A stretch of 64,000 nucleotides of DNA from Vulcanimicrobiota bacterium (GCA_963795855.1 CAWCIZ010000003.1:160001-224000); one strand, 5' to 3'. Shown: positions 39,227-49,158, counted from the first letter of the stretch. Notes: generated by a model not told the origin, from the letters alone. Numbers and translations: made by a program.

Positions 39227-39834
39227 TCGTTCCGGCTCTCTTCGGCGCGATATTTTTTACCGCCGCGGGCGTGGTTGGTGCCGTACTCGGCGTCACGTTC
39301 GCCGAAAACATCGAAGGATTTCCGGATGGTCCGCGCCCCGAAAAGGCGCCGATTCCACTGCTCGTCGCGGCCTGCGCGCTCATCGGTGCGTTCCTTACCG
39401 CGCGCGGTACACCGCCGCTGCAGACGCTTCTTCTCGCCGTCGTCTGCCTTGCGCTCGTCGCTATTTTCATCGTTGACACGCGCCGCGGCATCGTTCCCGA
39501 CGCGTTTACGCTGGGACCGCTCGCACTCGTGCTCGTTCTTGCACTTCGTCAGCACGACTGGGGGCTGCTCGGAGCCGCCGTCCTTCCGCTGCTGCCGTTC
39601 GCGGCGATTGCGTTGTTTTCGAAGGGACGCGGCATGGGATGGGGCGACGTGAAGCTCGCGGCGCTCGGCGGCGCCGTTCTGGGCGCGCAGTGGGCAACGA
39701 TCGCTTTCATGGCCGCGTGTTTCGCGGCGGTCGTGACGGCGTACGCGCGAGGCCGCCAAAAAGATCCGCTCGCGTTCGGGCCGTATCTGAGCGCGGCGAT
39801 AGGCGTTGCGATTCCGATGGCGGTTCTTCATTAA
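39223..39834 (+). CDS. Second A24 prepilin peptidase
   Basis: IVDTRRGIVPD, GMGWGDVKL and LAFGPYL motifs (PilD-type C-terminus). Confidence 0.88.
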   Translation: MIVPALFGAIFFTAAGVVGAVLGVTFAENIEGFPDGPRPEKAPIPLLVAACALIGAFLTARGTPPLQTLLLAVVCLALVAIFIVDTRRGIVPDAFTLGPLALVLVLALRQHDWGLLGAAVLPLLPFAAIALFSKGRGMGWGDVKLAALGGAVLGAQWATIAFMAACFAAVVTAYARGRQKDPLAFGPYLSAAIGVAIPMAVLH

Positions 39835-39851
39835 ACAAGCCGGTGCAGCGC

Positions 39852-40196
39852 ATGGGAATTTTGAAGAACGCGACCACCGGTGAGATTATCGCCGCTCGCG
39901 TGCGCTATGCCGACACGTGGTGGGATCGCCTCGCCGGATTCATTCCGAAAGGCGTGATCGAGCCCGACGACGGGTTATGGTTTCGCGATTGCTGGGCGAT
40001 TCATACGCTGTGCATGCGCGCCAAAATCGACGTCATCTTCCTGGATCGGCAAGGACGCGTGGTCCGCGCGGATCGAGAAGTGCGGCTGAACCGGCCCGTG
40101 CTCGCGTGTGCCGGCGCGCGCGACGTCATCGAACTGGGCGCGGGTGCGCTGGACGGACGCGACGTGCTGGCCGGCGATCGGCTGGAGCTGGAGTGA
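39852..40196 (+). CDS. DUF192 family protein
   Basis: ADTWWDRLAG...DDGLWF...IHTLCMRAKIDVIFLD...VIELGAG. Confidence 0.88.
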   Translation: MGILKNATTGEIIAARVRYADTWWDRLAGFIPKGVIEPDDGLWFRDCWAIHTLCMRAKIDVIFLDRQGRVVRADREVRLNRPVLACAGARDVIELGAGALDGRDVLAGDRLELE

Positions 40197-41506
40197 TGCG
40201 CTACTTCGCCGCGCTCGTCAGTTTCTCGGTTGCCACGGCGTTCGCGGCGCACGCGCAATTGCTGCCGGAATTTCTCGTGGAAGTGCGCGACCCGAATCTG
40301 CTGGGCGGGGCGCTCCTGGCTGCCGCACTCAAAACATGCGGCTACGCGTTCGTTCTCGCGCTCTGCGCGGTGCTTACCGGCGCAGCCGTTCTTCTATCGG
40401 CCTGGCGCACGCGCATGCGCGGCGCGCCGGACCTCTACGCCGCGCTTGCGGCGGTTCTTGCGGCAATCTGCTTGACCGGCGGGTTCGGACTTACGCTCGA
40501 TCCGCTCGGCTGGTTCTGCGCTGCTGCTTTCGCGTTCTTGCTGGAACGCAGGGGACGCTTCGCCATCATCTGCGCATTCGCGGTCGTTGCCGTCTGGTCG
40601 CTTTTGCAGGGCGGCGCGCCGCTGGCCGCATTGCTCGCACTGCTCTCGTTCGCAGGCGCTTGGATCGACGCGCGCTCGCTGCGCGCGGACGTGCGCGACA
40701 AAGCCGTACTGGCAGCAGGATGCGTCGTGCTGGGAACGCTCCAATTGCATGCGGCTCCCTGGCACGCGTACGGGCCGCACGCGCTCTATCTCGATGCGTT
40801 GCTTCCGGGAGCTCAGCGCGATCGGCTTTGGAGCGGCGGCCTCGGCGTGAATGCGCTTGCATTTTCGTGCTTGCTGATCACGGCGGCATGGTACGGAGTT
40901 CGGCGCCGCGGAAAAGTGGGCGACGCGCTCGCATTTTTCGCGCTGACGCTGCTCGCGATGGTGGACACGCGCAATCTGCCGTATTTCGGATTGCTCGCGG
41001 CGCCCATCGTCGCCGATGCGGCGGCGAGTTATTACGTCAACGCGAGAACGGAGCCCGCCGGATCGTTCATCGGCTACAGCGCCGCGTTCCTGGCCTGCGC
41101 ATTCACGTTCATCGCGACGATCGTCGGCACGGAACCAAAAGTAACGTTATGGCCGCAGGCGGCCGAGCAGCCTGCAAAACTCCTTGTGGCGCTCGCCTCG
41201 GATCGCCGGCCGCACGTCGTCCTGTGCGAGCAGCCGCGCTGGTGCGACGGAACGCGCGACGTCTTCCCGAACGTGCACGCGCTTCTCGACGACCGCGCCG
41301 GTCTGGCCGGCGTCGGAACGCTGCGCACGCAGCAAGATGCGGTTGCAACGCGCGGCGCCTGGCGATCGGAACTCGCAAACGCTCGCGTCGACGCCGTCAT
41401 CGCGCAAAGCAATGCAAACATCGTCGCGCTGCTGACCGAGACGGGCTGGAAGCTCGAGCGCAGCGACGGCGCGCGCGTGCTGCTGCTGCCGGAGAATCCA
41501 CGATGA
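40196..41506 (+). CDS. Polytopic membrane protein; degenerate paralog of the downstream GT-C-like gene
   Basis: Many TMs; VWSLLQGG, TRNLPYF, WCD, LLDDR and VDAVI align with WANLHAS, VRHIPL, WCS, FIDGR and VDSVL of the next gene. Confidence 0.7.
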   Translation: MRYFAALVSFSVATAFAAHAQLLPEFLVEVRDPNLLGGALLAAALKTCGYAFVLALCAVLTGAAVLLSAWRTRMRGAPDLYAALAAVLAAICLTGGFGLTLDPLGWFCAAAFAFLLERRGRFAIICAFAVVAVWSLLQGGAPLAALLALLSFAGAWIDARSLRADVRDKAVLAAGCVVLGTLQLHAAPWHAYGPHALYLDALLPGAQRDRLWSGGLGVNALAFSCLLITAAWYGVRRRGKVGDALAFFALTLLAMVDTRNLPYFGLLAAPIVADAAASYYVNARTEPAGSFIGYSAAFLACAFTFIATIVGTEPKVTLWPQAAEQPAKLLVALASDRRPHVVLCEQPRWCDGTRDVFPNVHALLDDRAGLAGVGTLRTQQDAVATRGAWRSELANARVDAVIAQSNANIVALLTETGWKLERSDGARVLLLPENPR

Positions 41507-42915
41507 GAATCGCCGTGCCGATCATCGCGATCTTTTGCGCGCGTTTTTTGATGGGAGCCTGGTACTACGCCGGCCACGACGGCGATCTGGCGTGGCAGCA
41601 GTGGCTCGGCACTTACATTCTTCACAACCATCATTTGCCGCAGCGGCTCGGCCACGAGACGTTCACGGCACCCGGCGCGGCATGGGTGCCGCAAGAGTGG
41701 GCGTTCAGCGTCGCAGTCGCATGGTTTACCGCTACCGGGCGCTTTGCCGTACTCGCCGCGCTTTCGGTCGCCGCCGCCGCAATTTCACTGCTGCTCGTCG
41801 CATACCGCTCGCAGCGGCGCGGCGCCTCGACGTTTTCGACGGCGCTCGTAACCGCGTGCACCGGCTTTGCAATGCTGCAGGCGTTCGGCGTGCGCGCGCA
41901 AATTTTCGGCTGGCTGTTCCTGAGCATCGTTCTGCTGCTGCTCGATCTCGAGAACCAATGGATGCTGCTGGGATTGCTTGCGATCGCGCTCTGGGCGAAT
42001 CTGCATGCGAGCGCGCTCATCGCGCCCGTCATCGTCGGTGCGTGGGCGCTGGGAACGTGGATAGAAGATCGGGCGTGGACGGTACGCGTGGAGCGAAACG
42101 CGGTCTTTGCCGCGGGTTCGCTCATTGCGGTCTGCTTCACGCCGCTCGCATGGCATTTGCCGCTCTATGCCGTGCATCTCGAAACGAGCGTCATTCGCAG
42201 CGCGATTGCGGAATGGCAGCCGCCGGACTTGCTGTTCCCGGGTTTGATTTGGGGTCTGCTTCCGCTGCTGGGGATCTGCTGCTACTTCGGCATCGCCGCG
42301 CCGCGCGAACGGTGGCGTGACGGCATGCTGTTCGCGATTGCCGCAGTCATCACGGGCATCGCGGTCCGGCACATCCCGCTTGCCGCGATGATCGTCGCGC
42401 CGATGGCCGCGCAACGTCTCTCTTCGGTACTCCCGTCGCACGCGCGCATCAATACGATCGTGCAAGAGCACTTCAGCGAAGCGCTGATCTACGCGTGCAG
42501 CGCCCTCGTCTGCGGCATCATCGTGCTCGATCTCGCGCACGTGCCGCAAATATCCGGTGTCACGCTGCCGAAACGCGCCATCGTCACGCTCGCGGACGTG
42601 CCGGGCATGCACAATCTGTACTGCGAGGATTTTGCCTGGTGCAGCCTCGCCCTCGAGCAGCGCAATTTGCGAACGTTCATCGACGGACGGTGCGATCCGT
42701 TCCCCGCTCAAGTGTGGACCGACTATCTCGCCGTCGAACGCGCATCGCCCGAGTGGGACGGGGTGCTCCGCCGTTGGAACGTGGACTCGGTTTTGGTCGA
42801 CAAGAACAATTCGCTGGCGCAGGCGCTCGCGTTACGAAGCGACTGGCACCTGTTCTATCACGACCGGCGCTTCGAGATTTTTCGTCGCGACGGCGTTCGC
42901 ACAGCCGCACGTTAA
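41503..42915 (+). CDS. GT-C-fold membrane glycosyltransferase-like protein
   Basis: First-loop acidic DGDLAW...G, WVPQEW, RAQIF, WANLH, IAEWQPP; C-terminal soluble domain FIDGRCDPFP. Confidence 0.72.
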   Translation: MRIAVPIIAIFCARFLMGAWYYAGHDGDLAWQQWLGTYILHNHHLPQRLGHETFTAPGAAWVPQEWAFSVAVAWFTATGRFAVLAALSVAAAAISLLLVAYRSQRRGASTFSTALVTACTGFAMLQAFGVRAQIFGWLFLSIVLLLLDLENQWMLLGLLAIALWANLHASALIAPVIVGAWALGTWIEDRAWTVRVERNAVFAAGSLIAVCFTPLAWHLPLYAVHLETSVIRSAIAEWQPPDLLFPGLIWGLLPLLGICCYFGIAAPRERWRDGMLFAIAAVITGIAVRHIPLAAMIVAPMAAQRLSSVLPSHARINTIVQEHFSEALIYACSALVCGIIVLDLAHVPQISGVTLPKRAIVTLADVPGMHNLYCEDFAWCSLALEQRNLRTFIDGRCDPFPAQVWTDYLAVERASPEWDGVLRRWNVDSVLVDKNNSLAQALALRSDWHLFYHDRRFEIFRRDGVRTAAR

Positions 42916-44262
42916 CAGCAGCAATCCAATCCACGTCGGCGCTTTTCCGATCCACCACGCGATGCCGGTGCTCGAACGCTCGGAGCGTACGAACTGCGCC
43001 CATGACGACTGCGCCAAGGCCCCGCGCGCGACCACGGCGTGCACGTGCGGACTGATCCCCGGGCCGAATCGATAGGCGGCGACGAGAACCGCGCCGCTCA
43101 ACAGCACACTGCAGAGCGAGATTCGCAGCGCCGCGGAATCGCCGCACTCCAGCACTTCCACCGCAATCGCGGCCGCGACGATCGCATACGGAATCAGCAG
43201 CGTCGGCTCGCCCATGAGCCACACCCAAGGGAACGCGAGCAGCAGCAGCGCGGCGCCGAAAACGAACCGCGCGCGTCCCGTCTGCTGCAGCACGAGCAGC
43301 ACGACCGCCGGTATGGCCGCCATGATTTGCGTGTAATGCATGAACGTGCCGCCGAGCACCGCAAACGCCGGCGGCACCAGCGCCGCGTACGCGTCGTCGC
43401 CGCTTCGCTTCACGAGTACGCCCGCCGCCGCAAGCCCGAGCGCCGTCATGAGAACGTACGAGATCTCGCCGCCCGCAATTGCGGCGGAATCGCTGAAATG
43501 CAGCCCGTGAAGCATCCACGTCATGCCGAATTGCGCCGTGCTGCCGATTTCGGAACGGGCGTGCGCCGGGAGCACGTCGCGTAAATATTCGAGCGCGGTC
43601 GCCGGACCGCCGCAAAGAAGATCGAGCGCGATCGCGGCGCATGCGAGCACCGCCAGCGGTTTACGCATCCGCGGGACGAACAAAAACGCGCCTAAAAGCG
43701 CAGGCAGCGCCACATGCGGAAGGATCGTCGCAACGCCCGCCGCCAGTGCGGCCGCTGCCCATGCGCGCCGCCGCAGCGCGACTGCCATGTAGAGCAAAGC
43801 GGCAACGATGAGCGAACCGAGCTCGCCAAACGGTAAGACGATCACGGCATATCCAACGGCGAAGACCCACAGCATCGCATCAACCGGGCGATTCGCCAAA
43901 ACGGCAAGTGCGCGCGCGCTCGCGAAGACCGTCGCAAGCAGAACCGCCAGCCACAACGCGCACGCGGGAAGATACGGCAGAACGCCGAGCGGAACGAACG
44001 CGATGAGCGCATAGCCCGGAAGCGGAGCGGGAACGGCAACGCCCGGCGTCGCGCGATACAACCCGATCGGCATCGGCGCGCGCTCGCATTCGTAAATCGC
44101 GCGCGCAGTGTACGGATCGGCACCATGTGCGGTCGCCGCGGCCGCGCAATAAAAAGCGCGGAAATCGCCGAACAGCGCGTGCGCCTTCGAGCCCTCGTGA
44201 AGTTGCCACGCGATCAGCAGGGCCGTCGCCGCTACGGCAAACAGCAGGCGAAACTTACGCAC
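42832..44262 (-). CDS. GT87-like (GT-C) membrane glycosyltransferase
   Basis: DFRAFYCAA...GADPY, P-x-P-x-PGY segment, GELG, ILPH, FMHY; many TMs. Confidence 0.72.
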   Translation of the reverse strand: MRKFRLLFAVAATALLIAWQLHEGSKAHALFGDFRAFYCAAAATAHGADPYTARAIYECERAPMPIGLYRATPGVAVPAPLPGYALIAFVPLGVLPYLPACALWLAVLLATVFASARALAVLANRPVDAMLWVFAVGYAVIVLPFGELGSLIVAALLYMAVALRRRAWAAAALAAGVATILPHVALPALLGAFLFVPRMRKPLAVLACAAIALDLLCGGPATALEYLRDVLPAHARSEIGSTAQFGMTWMLHGLHFSDSAAIAGGEISYVLMTALGLAAAGVLVKRSGDDAYAALVPPAFAVLGGTFMHYTQIMAAIPAVVLLVLQQTGRARFVFGAALLLLAFPWVWLMGEPTLLIPYAIVAAAIAVEVLECGDSAALRISLCSVLLSGAVLVAAYRFGPGISPHVHAVVARGALAQSSWAQFVRSERSSTGIAWWIGKAPTWIGLLLLTCGCANAVATKNLEAPVVIEQVPVAS

Positions 44263-45847
44263 TCGTGCGTTTGCGGCGATGTTCGTCCAGAGATGCCGTC
44301 GAACCGCCGTACGGCGGCGCGATGCGCCCGAGCATTTTTATCAGACCGTTCGCGTCCGGACGAATCTTCTGCACGCGGTACGCGTAATCCGATGCGCTCT
44401 TCATGTCGCCCTCATCGAACGAGGTTTGCGCCAAACGCTCGAGCACGATGACGTGCTGGTCCTCCAGCAGACGCGCATGCCCGCCGAACCACGTCTCCGG
44501 CGGATCTCCGTCCAGCAGCCGCCCGGCGTACAGTTCTTCCGCCGCGCGGTAGTGCACGGCGGCTTCGTGGGAATCGCCGCGATCGAAATTCGCGTCGCCG
44601 TCGGCGACGTGCGCGCCGAAACGCCGGACGTCCGCAACTACGTTCGTCAAATCGAGCGACACGTCCGGATCCGCGCGAAAGTAGAGGTCGACGCAGGCGT
44701 ATCCAACCATTGACGCGATCGCCTTACGAATGTTGCTGCACGCCGTACGCACGCTCTGCGCCGCGAGCTGCCGATCCGCTTCCGGCCAAAAGACCGAGGC
44801 CAATTCCGCGCGCGTCGCCGATCCGGTAGGCTTAAGCAGCAAATACTTGATGAACTGCTGATCGCGGCGGCGAATCCAATTGATTTCCTGGCCGTCGATC
44901 TGCGCTTCGAATCGCCCGAACATGCGCACGATAAGCGGCGAGAGGCGCGCGCTCGGTGCCAAGCGCACGCGGCCGCGCAGTTGACGAAGCGGCCGGTACG
45001 GACGGTAATCCGCGTCGTCCGCCACGACGAACAGGCCCTGCGCTTCCAGGCGATGGAGGCGCTGCTGATCGTCGATCGTCGCACCGGCGATTAAACTGCG
45101 CACGAGCGCGCGATCTTCTTCCGCGGCGCGATCGAGATCCGCTGCAATGAATTCCGTGAAGACTTGTCCGTAGCGCACGCGCCAATGTTCGTATGCGTCG
45201 CTCAAAGAGCGGCTGTCCTCCGCGGCAGCGCGCACGGCACCGCTCACGACGATGGCCCAGCCTTCGCTTTCTTCCAGGAGCCGTCCGATTTCCAAATGCG
45301 TGCACGGCACGCCGCACGTTTCGGCGAGCAGCTCGGTTTCGGCGGGATCGAAGGCAAGCCGCCGGTGATCGCACAGCACGCCGAGTCCCCGCGCAACCCA
45401 ATTCTTCGCATCGATGGCATCGCGCGAGCGCGAGGTATAGATGAAGGTCAGGTGTTCGGGTGAATCTTCGACCATCTGCCGCAGCAGGACGAGCACTTCC
45501 GGCGAGGCGTTGTCGACGTCGTCGAGCGCCAGCTCCGTCGGAGCGGTAACCGCAACGCGCAGCGCGTTGAGAAGATCGTCGTACGAGTTGGGCGTTCGGC
45601 CGAGGGCGAGCGCCGCCGCGACGAGTTCGAAGAATTTCGCGGGCGAGGTGTGCTCCGGGAGCGCGCAATAGCCGGCGTCGACGGCGCTGTTCGGCAAATA
45701 CTTGAGCAGCAGCGTGCTTTTTCCGGAGCCGGCGGGCGCGATCAATAGGCGCAGCGGCACCGCGACATGCGTCGCGAGCCAGCGTTCCAGACGCGAACGC
45801 CGCACTGTGGACGGAGCCACGCGCGGCAGGGTGCGAGTACGTATCAT
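44255..45847 (-). CDS. MalT-like NTPase plus BTAD/SARP transcriptional regulator
   Basis: VRRSRL, APAGSGKST, LDDVD, LAFDPAET, EGWAI (MalT-like); VRMFGRFE...ELASVFWPE...DV..F...LYAGRLL (BTAD). Confidence 0.85.
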   Translation of the reverse strand: MIRTRTLPRVAPSTVRRSRLERWLATHVAVPLRLLIAPAGSGKSTLLLKYLPNSAVDAGYCALPEHTSPAKFFELVAAALALGRTPNSYDDLLNALRVAVTAPTELALDDVDNASPEVLVLLRQMVEDSPEHLTFIYTSRSRDAIDAKNWVARGLGVLCDHRRLAFDPAETELLAETCGVPCTHLEIGRLLEESEGWAIVVSGAVRAAAEDSRSLSDAYEHWRVRYGQVFTEFIAADLDRAAEEDRALVRSLIAGATIDDQQRLHRLEAQGLFVVADDADYRPYRPLRQLRGRVRLAPSARLSPLIVRMFGRFEAQIDGQEINWIRRRDQQFIKYLLLKPTGSATRAELASVFWPEADRQLAAQSVRTACSNIRKAIASMVGYACVDLYFRADPDVSLDLTNVVADVRRFGAHVADGDANFDRGDSHEAAVHYRAAEELYAGRLLDGDPPETWFGGHARLLEDQHVIVLERLAQTSFDEGDMKSASDYAYRVQKIRPDANGLIKMLGRIAPPYGGSTASLDEHRRKRTSA

Positions 45848-45958
45848 CGGAGCCTATCCCTTAGAATCGGCCCGAGTGGCCGCTCGCGTTAGCCGTTTCC
45901 TCGCCCCGGGAGAGACCGAGGCGCCGGGCTCGGGCGCGGGGCGTCGAAAGGCGCCGTT

Positions 45959-46813
45959 ATGCCCCTCGTCTTCGTGCCGACGCCCCTGGGCAATCTCGGC
46001 GACATCACGCTGCGCGCGCTCGAGGCCTTGCGCGAGTGTTCGCTGCTCATCGCGGAGGACTCGCGGGTGGCGCGGAAATTGCTGGCGGCGCTGCAGCTTC
46101 CCGGAAAAGAGATTTGGAGCTATCACGAGCACAACGCCCAGGCGGCCACTGCGGGCATCCTCGAACGCGCGGCCTCGGAACTGGTGGCCGTTGTGACTGA
46201 CGCGGGGACGCCGGGCATTTCGGACCCCGGCGCGGACTTGGTCGCGGCCGCGCGCGCGGCGAATGTCGCCGTTGAGGTGCTGCCGGGCCCCAGCGCGGCC
46301 ATCGGAGCCGCAGTACTATCGGGTTTTCCGCTGCGGCGGTTTACGTTCGAGGGCTTCCCGCCGCGTACGAGCGCCGCCAGGCGCGCGGCCCTGCGCCGCA
46401 GTTTTGCGACGGCCTCGCCGAGTGTATGGTATGAATCTCCGCAGCGCATTCGTGCGTTCTTGAACGATATCGAGGCGGTCGACGCGCACGCCCGCGTGTT
46501 TCTGGTTCGCGAATACACCAAGCGCTACGAACAGCAGATCCTCGGCACGGCGCGCCGGGTGGCCGAAGAACTCGGCGATCCGGTGCGGGGCGAGATCGCG
46601 CTGGTTATCGCGCCTTCAGCGGCGGCGCCGCCGCGAGCACCATCGCCTGCGCTTCTCGATGAAGAAATCGACGCGCTGCTGCATGACGGACGGAGCGTTT
46701 CCGCCGTGGCAAAAGCGCTGGCCGAACGCGGCATGGGTGAGCGCCGGCACATTTACGCGCGCGCAACCGAACGCAAACGCCTGCAAAGGGACGGCTCCGC
46801 CGCGCAGCGATAG
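45959..46813 (+). CDS. rsmI: 16S rRNA (cytidine1402-2'-O)-methyltransferase
   Basis: PTPLGNLGDITLRA, AEDSR, SYHEHN, DAGTPGISDPG, YESPQR. Confidence 0.95.
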   Translation: MPLVFVPTPLGNLGDITLRALEALRECSLLIAEDSRVARKLLAALQLPGKEIWSYHEHNAQAATAGILERAASELVAVVTDAGTPGISDPGADLVAAARAANVAVEVLPGPSAAIGAAVLSGFPLRRFTFEGFPPRTSAARRAALRRSFATASPSVWYESPQRIRAFLNDIEAVDAHARVFLVREYTKRYEQQILGTARRVAEELGDPVRGEIALVIAPSAAAPPRAPSPALLDEEIDALLHDGRSVSAVAKALAERGMGERRHIYARATERKRLQRDGSAAQR

Positions 46814-46822
46814 AGGAACTGG

Positions 46823-48358
46823 ATGGAATCCCGGCCCTTCTACGTGACGACGCCCATTTATTACATCAGCGGAAACCCGCACATCGGTCACGCGTACACG
46901 ACGATCGTCGCGGACGTCTTGGCGCGCACCGCGCGCGCGCAGGGATCCGCTTATTTTCTCACGGGCACGGACGAACATGGGCAAAAAGTAGCCGACGCCG
47001 CAGCGGCCGCCGGTAAATCGCCGCAGCAATGGTGCGACGATCTGATTCCACGGTGGCAATCGCTCTTCGCGCGCTACAACGTCGCGTACGACGATTTCAT
47101 CCGCACGACGCAGCCGCGCCACGAGCGCGTCGTGCAAACGGTATTCGAAAAACTGCGCGAGAGCGGCGACGTGTATCTCGGAAAATACGAAGGCTGGTAC
47201 TGCGTTCCCGACGAGACGTTTTGGCTCGAATCCAAACTCGTCGACGGCAAATGTCCGACGTGCGGCCGTCCGGTGCAATGGCTCTCCGAGGACGACTGGT
47301 TTTTCCGGTTGTCGAAATACAACGATCGCCTCAAGCAGTACTTTCTCGAGCGGCCGCAATGGGTGCGGCCGCGTGCCGTTTACAACGAAATGATGGCCTT
47401 GCTCGAGGAGGGTCTCGACGACTTGAGCATCACGCGCACGAATCTGGAGTGGGGCATTCCGGTCCCCGCCGGTTCGTTCGCAAACGGCGCGGAGTCGCAC
47501 GGCGTCATTTACGTCTGGTTCGACGCCCTGCTGAACTACATTTCCGCGCTCGGGTGGCCCGACGGCGAGAAGTTCAAAACGTTCTGGCCGGCCAGCGTGC
47601 AGCTGATCGGCAAAGAAATCGCACGCTTTCACACGCTCATCTGGCCGGCGATCCTCTGGGCCGTCGGCGAAGCGGCGCCGCAGATGGTGTTTGCGCACGG
47701 CTGGATCACCGTCGAAGGCCAGAAGATGGGCAAAAGCCTGGGTAACGTCGTCGATCCGTTTGCGCTCGCCGAACGTTTCGGCGCCGACGCGATGCGCTAT
47801 TTCTTGCTGCGCGAAGCGCCGTTCGGCAGCGACTTCTCGTATTCCGAAGAAAAGATCGTGCAACGCTACAACAGCGACCTGGGCAACGATCTCGGCAACC
47901 TGTTGCGCCGTTCGTTAGCCATGCTCGAGAAATACCGCAACGGACTTGTGCCGCAGCCGCGGAGAGGACGCATTCGGCGAGCAGTTCGCGGATCTGCCGA
48001 AACGCGTTCGCGCGTTGATCGCCGATTTGCAATTCCGAGACGCGCTCGAAGCGATTTGGGAACTGGTCGCCGCGCTCAATCGCGCGATCGACGATCGCAA
48101 GCCCTGGGTGCTGTTCAAGAGAAGGACGGCAAACCGAATTGGACGGCTTGCTGTACGTGCTCTGCGAAGGCCTGCGCTGGCTGGCGATTCTGCTGCGATC
48201 CGTTCATGCCCGAGCGCACGGAAGACATGTGGCGGCAACTGGGTGCCGCCGATCGCATCGACGCGGATTGGGAGCGCGCGCTTTCATGGGGCGGCATCGC
48301 GCCGGGTACGCAAACCGCGCCGGCCGAGGCGCTGTTTCCGCGCATCGACGCGGCATGA
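46823..48358 (+). CDS. metG: Methionyl-tRNA synthetase, short form; indels after ~47960
   Basis: YVTTPIYY, HIGH, GTDEHGQK, YVWFDAL, KMGKS. Confidence 0.95.
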   Translation: MESRPFYVTTPIYYISGNPHIGHAYTTIVADVLARTARAQGSAYFLTGTDEHGQKVADAAAAAGKSPQQWCDDLIPRWQSLFARYNVAYDDFIRTTQPRHERVVQTVFEKLRESGDVYLGKYEGWYCVPDETFWLESKLVDGKCPTCGRPVQWLSEDDWFFRLSKYNDRLKQYFLERPQWVRPRAVYNEMMALLEEGLDDLSITRTNLEWGIPVPAGSFANGAESHGVIYVWFDALLNYISALGWPDGEKFKTFWPASVQLIGKEIARFHTLIWPAILWAVGEAAPQMVFAHGWITVEGQKMGKSLGNVVDPFALAERFGADAMRYFLLREAPFGSDFSYSEEKIVQRYNSDLGNDLGNLLRRSLAMLEKYRNGLVPQPRRGRIRRAVRGSAETRSRVDRRFAIPRRARSDLGTGRRAQSRDRRSQALGAVQEKDGKPNWTACCTCSAKACAGWRFCCDPFMPERTEDMWRQLGAADRIDADWERALSWGGIAPGTQTAPAEALFPRIDAA

Positions 48359-49158
48359 CTCCAGAGCCCGCTCCAACCCTCGTCGATTCGCACGCGCACA
48401 TCCACGACAAAGCCTTCGACGAAGATCGCGACGACGTCGTGCGCCGCATGCGCGAAGCGGGCGTCGAAAAGGCCGTGACGGTCGGATGCGATCTGGAGGA
48501 CTCGGCGCGTGCGCTGCAGTCGGCGCAGCGATACGGCCTCCATGCATCCGTCGGGATTCACCCGCACGAAGCGCGAAGACGCACCGGCGGATCTCGCCGC
48601 TGCGTTCGCGCCTTTGCTGCAGAACGAACGCGTGGTCGCGATCGGCGAGACGGGTTTGGATTACTATTACGATCACAGCCCGCGCGAGCAGCAGCAGCGC
48701 GTGCTTCGCGCGCAGATCGCCCTTGCGCGCGACGCGGAATCGCCCGGTGATCTTTCATCATCGCGACGCCTTCGAAGACTTCGTCGGCAATTTTGCGCGA
48801 TGAGTGGCGCGCCGGCATGCGCGGCGTGATTCATTGTTTTACCGGCGATGCGCAGCAAGCGCAGACGTACATGCGCGAGTTCGGCCTGCTGCTCGGTATC
48901 GGCGGCGTCGTTACGTTCAAATCGGCGCAACCGGTGCGCGACGCGGTCGTCGCGGTGGGCGCCGAACACCTGGTTCTGGAGACCGACTGCCCGTATCTTG
49001 GCGCCCGTGCCGCATCGCGGCAAGCGCAACGAACCGGCATACGTTTCGGTCACCGCGGATGCGCTCGCGCACCTGCTTCACGCCACGCGCGAGCAGATAG
49101 CCGCGGTAACGACGCCGCAATGCGCGCGACGCTATTTGGATATGAACCGCTGACGTAG
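48355..49158 (+). CDS. tatD: TatD family DNase; multiple indels
   Basis: DSHAH, VGIHPH, AIGETGLDY, GVIHCF, ETDCPY and RNEP across frames. Confidence 0.9.

Noticed and set aside
40108..41502. 935-aa ORF 40108-42915
   Set aside because: The N-terminal half is an Arg/Ala-rich shadow frame over the real gene at 40196-41506; the real start is the ATG at 41503, which overlaps the upstream stop.
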